From contig JARKSN010000097.1 in NCBI GenBank assembly GCA_029974275.1, positions 1-31,438 on the forward strand: a stretch of 31,438 bases of DNA, given 5' to 3'. The position numbers were made by a program, and so were the translations under genes. The notes beneath the pieces were generated by a model that made no database searches, was not told where the DNA came from, and saw nothing but the letters and a program-made list of their open reading frames with translations. Shown here piece by piece: positions 27,313 through 31,438 of this stretch (position 1 is the first letter of the stretch; the number at the start of each line of letters is the position of its first letter). Source of the DNA: Candidatus Hydrogenedentota bacterium. Its GTDB lineage: Bacteria > Hydrogenedentota > Hydrogenedentia > Hydrogenedentales > SLHB01.

Positions 27313-28635
27313 TCAACGCAGCGTTCCCAGCGCCATGGCGCCATCCAGCCGCGTCAATCGCACCTGGCGGATCTCATTTTCCAGACTCTCGGACGAACGC
27401 ACCCCGACGCGGACGTAATTCTCCGTGTAGCCGCACCAGAGGCCGTCTTGCTGATCTTCAAAAAGCACGGACAATTCACGGCCCAGATGGGCCTCGTAGA
27501 AACGCCGCCGCTTGATCGCAGCAAGCCTTCGCGCCATGGCGGCGCGGCGCGTCACGTCCTTCGGGTCGACCTTGTCCGGCAAGCGCGCCGAGGCCGTGCC
27601 TTCGCGTTCCGAGTACTTGAAGACATGCGCGTAATCGATGGGCGCATCGCGCAACACGGAGAGGGTGTCGTCGAAATCGCCATCGGTCTCGCCGGGGAAA
27701 CCGGCCATGATATCGGTTCCCACGCATACATCGCGCACGTTCTCCTTGGCGCGATGCACAAATTCGACAAATTGCTTGCGCGTGTAGCGCCGTTTCATCG
27801 CCTTCAGTATGCGGTCTGACCCCGATTGCAACGGCACGTGCACATACGGCACGAGCGGATGCGCCGGGTCGTCCATCATCGCGAGCAAACGGTCGGGGAT
27901 CGTCTTGAGTTCAAGCGAACTGATGCGAACATGCCTCAAACCATCGATCTGCGCCAGCGCTTCGGCCACGTCCGCGATGTCCTTGCCGTCATGTCGATAC
28001 AGGCCAATGTTCACGCCGGCGACGACGATCTCCTTCACGCCGCGCGACACAAGCAACCGCGCCTCGCCGAGCAAATCGTCGAGCGCGCGGCTGCGGGCGC
28101 GTCCACGCGCGAACGCGATGATGCAAAAACTGCACATGAAATCGCAGCCGTCTTGCACTTTGAGGTTGCTGCGCTTCGACACGCCCCCGGCGCTCTCGCG
28201 ATCGATGGTGAAATCGTCGCGTTCGATCCGCCCGCGCACGACGGTCGGCACGGCGTTCTTCGTCTCGCCGACGTAATCAAGGACGTTCAATTTCTCTTGG
28301 TTGCCGACGATGAGGTCAACGCCTTCTATCGCCGCAATGGCGTCGTAGCCCATTTGCGAGTAGCAGCCAATCACTGCCGTGAAGGCGTGTGGGTTTGCAC
28401 GGACGAAACCGCGAATGGCCTGGCGCGCCTTTGCGTCGGCCTCGCGCGTGACGGTGCACGTGTTGATGATCGCGAGATCGGCGGGTTCGCCAAACGCGAC
28501 GACGTCGTAACCGCGCGTGCGCAGTTCATCCTCGATAATCGCCGTCTCGGCTTGGTTCAAGCGACAGCCCAACGTGTGCAAGCACGCACGTTTTGGCTTT
28601 CCGCATTCTCTTTTTTTTCGAGAGTGACTTGTCAT
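27313..28635 (-). CDS. mtaB: tRNA t6A37 methylthiotransferase MtaB (radical SAM)
   Basis: UPF0004 domain HTLGCRLNQAET, INTCTVT, GCYSQ; KVQDGCDFMCSFC; ARGRARSR; HVFKYSEREGT; GYTENY. This pattern fits MtaB better than MiaB or RimO. Confidence 0.9.
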   Translation of the reverse strand: MTSHSRKKRECGKPKRACLHTLGCRLNQAETAIIEDELRTRGYDVVAFGEPADLAIINTCTVTREADAKARQAIRGFVRANPHAFTAVIGCYSQMGYDAIAAIEGVDLIVGNQEKLNVLDYVGETKNAVPTVVRGRIERDDFTIDRESAGGVSKRSNLKVQDGCDFMCSFCIIAFARGRARSRALDDLLGEARLLVSRGVKEIVVAGVNIGLYRHDGKDIADVAEALAQIDGLRHVRISSLELKTIPDRLLAMMDDPAHPLVPYVHVPLQSGSDRILKAMKRRYTRKQFVEFVHRAKENVRDVCVGTDIMAGFPGETDGDFDDTLSVLRDAPIDYAHVFKYSEREGTASARLPDKVDPKDVTRRAAMARRLAAIKRRRFYEAHLGRELSVLFEDQQDGLWCGYTENYVRVGVRSSESLENEIRQVRLTRLDGAMALGTLR

Positions 28636-28936
28636 ATTCGAGCGCTATGGACGACGCGCCGCTTCATTCAATGCCCATCGCGTCAACAAGCGCACGCCAT
28701 AACCCGTGGGCGTATTGGCATTGAGATACGAAATATTCTTGCCGCCCCATGCCGTGCCCGCGATGTCGAGAGGCGCCCACGGCACGTCGCCTGCAAATCT
28801 TTTCAACAAAGTCGTGCCCGCCCCTTTCGGAGTGTCTGCGCCGGTCGAGAAGTGCGCGGGTGGCGGTCGAAATGTGCAGCACCCGCTGGGTTCATTATGT
28901 AGCTATTGATGTTGGTTTTCAAGGGGGTTGTTGGGC

Positions 28937-29410
28937 CAGGACATCCACCAAGATTTTTGCGGTTCGTGTTCTTTATGAGGAGTCGTAGGCGAAGAGGTTC
29001 ATCTGGGGCGTGGTTGGGCGGGGGCCTTGGGGTAGTGGGGGCCCTGGATGGCGCGTGAGAAGGGCGTGCAGGCCGTCGGCCAAGGCGTAGTACTTGAAAT
29101 CGGCAATGCCGAAGAGCCGTTTGGCCGCCTTCTCCACAAAGCTGGCCATCATACGCAGTCGTGCGTCGTGGTCGAGCACGCAGGCGGCAAAAAACATCGC
29201 CGCCAACACCAACGGCATGAGGTTTTGCAGCCCCGGGTAGTTGAGCACGCGCACGTTCTCGAGGTCGTAGCAGGTCTTGGCGTAACGAATGGTCTCTTCG
29301 ATGCTCATCGCTTGAGATACGCACGGACCATGCGCCACAAACATTTGAAACGTGTAGTCAACGGTTCGTTGGTCAACAGCAGGAGCGGCTGAGCGCCAAG
29401 CCCATGTGAC
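28937..29410 (-). mobile_element. IS4-type transposase remnant (3' part only, frameshifted) with a possible terminal repeat
   Basis: GAQPLLLLTNEP..RAYLKR in one frame joins SIEETIRYAKTCYDLENVRV in another. Restoring one G (CGA TG[G] AGC, about 29306) gives YLKRWSIEETIRYAK, the Y-2-R-3-E-6-K motif. Stop at 28973. CAGGACATCCACCAAGATTTTT (28937-28958) is a tentative end. Confidence 0.8.
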
Positions 29411-29800
29411 TCGCTTGGACAAAGAGCCCTCCTCGGGATTGTGCAGCAACACCTCTGTTCCGTCAGCGGCGCGAACTCGTTCTGGCCATGACCTGAACTC
29501 ACGGGCCGCACGGCCCAAGATCGCCGCGTTCGTCGTTTTTGTATCGAGTCTCTTCGGTTCAACGTCATCAACGGGAAGCTCGTGGGCGACTTCCCTAAGT
29601 CTGGCCGAGAACCGCGTCCACGCCCCGCCTCACTGAGTCCCGTCGCGACGCATGGCCCACGACAAGGAGTCGCGCACGAGCCGGTCGATGTCGCGGTCGG
29701 TCATGGTGTCGGTCCCGCGCACACGCCGGTATGCGGCACGGAACACATCAAGCACCTTGCGCCACACGCCGCGTTCGGACGGCTTCAGCGCGCCCCAGGT
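29411..29800 (-). pseudogene. Stop-interrupted fragment of an unknown, possibly phage large polyvalent-like, protein
   Basis: One frame reads ..GVWRKVLDVFRAAYRRVRGTDTMTDRDIDRLVRDSLSWAMRRDGTQ*GGAWTRFSARLREVAHELP..EFRSWPERVRAADGTEVLLHNP, with a single TGA at 29630-29632. No credible start; boundaries approximate. Confidence 0.4.
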
Positions 29801-29850
29801 TGCGCAAAACATCCTTTTCTGGCAGGCGCCTTCTCTGCTTTCCGCTTGTA

Positions 29851-30888
29851 CTATTGTTCCGGGTCCGGTTTGGTTTCCTCGATTCGTTCGCCGCGTTTGG
29901 GATGCCATTTCTTCCCGTCCGGCGTCACCGAAGCCCAGGCATGCGTCCTCTTCCGCAAGTTCAGCGTAATCAGTTTGCCGCCTTTGGGGAGGTGAGGCGT
30001 TCCATAGGTAAAGGTGCCCGTGGAACGCCCGTAGACCAGTTCGATGCCGTCTACGACGCCCGAGTAATCGTTGATGTGATCGTGGCCACAGAATGTGGCC
30101 TTTACCCCAAGGGTCCGGAGCACCGGCAGCGTCGAACCGTCTTCACTCCCCGTGCATGCCTGCTCGCTTCGGAATCCAGTAGCTATCCCGGAAATCCAGA
30201 TGTCTTCGTACTGTTTCAGCGGAACGTGAAAGAAGGCGATGCGCGGAACCTGCGTCTTGTCGCGTTCTGCCAATACACGCATCCACGACTGTTGTTCCTG
30301 ACCCAGGCCGTCCGTTTTCGAGTTAAGGCATAGTAATTGCCATGCACGCGCGCTGTTCGGTCGCATGATGTCAATTGTATAGTTTCCATCTCCCGGTACG
30401 CCGCGATATAGCGAGTTCTTGGCTGCAGCGAGCGCTCTGTGGGCGGCGGGATAATCGGATACTTGGTCGTGATTGCCCCAAACAAATGCCCAAGGTATTC
30501 CCAGTTTTTCGAATCTTCCGATGGAGTAGCGCATGTATTGTTCGCCCTTGCCATCTGGGTTTTCAGGCCATACGTCTCCGGTGACCATGAGGAGATCGGG
30601 TTTGAATTGAGCAACCAATAGTTCCATCATTCTGATCACTTCACCGTTATAATCTTCCGGTCTAATTTTTCCTTCCTGTTCGTAGAACCAATAATGGAGG
30701 TCGGTGAGTTGCAGAATGCGGAAAGAACCGCTTCCGGGCGCGGCGGTCACGCACACATTTCCGTCGTCTTTCCCAGGGGCGATACTCACTCCGGCTGCAT
30801 ATGCATCTGAACTAAGCGAGAGCAACGTGCCGAAAGCGAGAATCGCAATGCGAAAGATAGCGGTGCGGAACGTAACAACGCGAATCAT
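29851..30888 (-). CDS. Secreted calcineurin-like metallophosphoesterase (Dcr2/PAP-like)
   Basis: Signal peptide ending AYA; QLTDLH, TGD, WGNHD, FFHVPL, CGHDHIND, YGR motifs; GAGGAG upstream. Confidence 0.92.
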   Translation of the reverse strand: MIRVVTFRTAIFRIAILAFGTLLSLSSDAYAAGVSIAPGKDDGNVCVTAAPGSGSFRILQLTDLHYWFYEQEGKIRPEDYNGEVIRMMELLVAQFKPDLLMVTGDVWPENPDGKGEQYMRYSIGRFEKLGIPWAFVWGNHDQVSDYPAAHRALAAAKNSLYRGVPGDGNYTIDIMRPNSARAWQLLCLNSKTDGLGQEQQSWMRVLAERDKTQVPRIAFFHVPLKQYEDIWISGIATGFRSEQACTGSEDGSTLPVLRTLGVKATFCGHDHINDYSGVVDGIELVYGRSTGTFTYGTPHLPKGGKLITLNLRKRTHAWASVTPDGKKWHPKRGERIEETKPDPEQ

Positions 30889-30989
30889 ATCATGGTCTCC
30901 TCATGCTCCAAGAAATACCGCTGTGGAGCGTTTCGCGGAACCGTGGGACGCCCGCCATGCGTCTGATCCGTGGCGGAAGTGAAAGCAGA

Positions 30990-31246
30990 AAACACTCGGT
31001 TGTGCGCGACGACTTGCGGCATACCCTCGAGTTCGTCCATCGCGGTCATCGTCTGCTTGGTGATGATCGTGTTGTAAAAGATAACCCCGTCGCAGCGCTT
31101 GCGAAACTGAGCATAGTCGATGGCCCAGTTTCAACGGTCTTATAGCAGACGTCCAGGTCCGTGAAGGAACGCCACAGTGTGTGCCACTCTATCACGTCGA
31201 ACGGGCGCCATCCCTCAAGAACCGCGATTCTGGGCAATTGGGACAA
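30990..31246 (-). pseudogene. Frameshifted, truncated ThuA-like gene
   Basis: TTG start with a purine-rich RBS. RIAVLEGWRPFDVIEWHTLWRSFTDLDVCYKTVE continues, after restoring one A at about 31130, as NWAIDYAQFRKRCDGVIFYN, resembling ThuA-like N-termini (VxxGxHxFD..YDxxxFY). Similarity fades afterwards; 3' limit approximate. Confidence 0.5.
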
Positions 31247-31298
31247 GCCTTTCCCCTCACGCGATGGTCAGGCGGAGCAAAATCGCTCATTGTCGACA

Positions 31299-31438
31299 TG
31301 TCCCGCCCGCGCTGGAATTGGACTTCTCCGATGGCAAGAATGTGTAGACCATCATTGAGGAGGAGTCATGGAAAAGCAGCGGAAGCATTGGACATCAGCG
31401 GAGAAGGTCAGGGTGTTGCGGCGGCACCTGGTGGAGAA
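31299..31438 (+). mobile_element. Left end of an IS3-family insertion sequence
   Basis: Candidate IRL beginning TG (TGTCCCGCCCGCGCTGGAATTGGAC), about 70 nt before an OrfA-like start; the partner IR is outside the window. Confidence 0.6.
31368..31438 (+). CDS. IS3-family transposase OrfA, 5' fragment
   Basis: GAGGAGGAG RBS, then MEKQRKHWTSAEKVRVLRRHLVE, a typical HTH_Tnp_1 N-terminus (RKxxSxEEKxxIL); runs off the edge. Confidence 0.8.
   Translation, partial: MEKQRKHWTSAEKVRVLRRHLVE

Noticed and set aside
28880..28912. dif/XerCD-like or attI-like site (TTATGTAGC)
   Set aside because: Only one half-site resembles the consensus; no matching arm at 6-bp spacing and no recombinase nearby.
28973..29518. 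181-aa ORF as an intact transposase
   Set aside because: Chimera of two unrelated fragments; the transposase similarity switches frame at about 29306 and the N-terminal DDE residues are missing.
1..31438. CRISPR array, tRNA or rRNA genes
   Set aside because: No regularly spaced direct repeats or cloverleaf/rRNA signatures seen in the intergenic regions by eye.

Overview
GC-rich bacterial window in which almost every real gene is on the minus strand. In transcription order (right to left) it holds: (1) a small decayed accessory patch with the start of an IS3-family element, a frameshifted ThuA-like gene, an intact secreted Dcr2-like metallophosphoesterase, a stop-interrupted fragment of a phage-like protein and a frameshifted IS4-type transposase 3' fragment; (2) mtaB and a stand-alone receiver domain; (3) a four-gene respiratory operon in which a Rieske protein and cytochrome b lie between two divergent CydA-like membrane proteins, one fused to a c-type heme domain, with no cytochrome c1 or CydB gene; (4) two large secreted proteins that both carry a CFI-box-CTERM-type signal: a 1873-aa PKD/IPT repeat protein, and a 797-aa protein that reads as a catalytically dead matrixin, an internal CFI-box plus transmembrane anchor, a second internal signal peptide and a further secreted domain; (5) a type II secretion operon, gspCDEFGHIJKLM; (6) the 5' part of metG. 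The protein style suggests Candidatus Hydrogenedentota, which is inference only. The most novel candidates are the apparent signal-peptidase-processed polyprotein/pseudoprotease beside the T2SS and the Rieske/cytb-CydA-like respiratory module. All family assignments come from reading motifs by eye; no searches were run.
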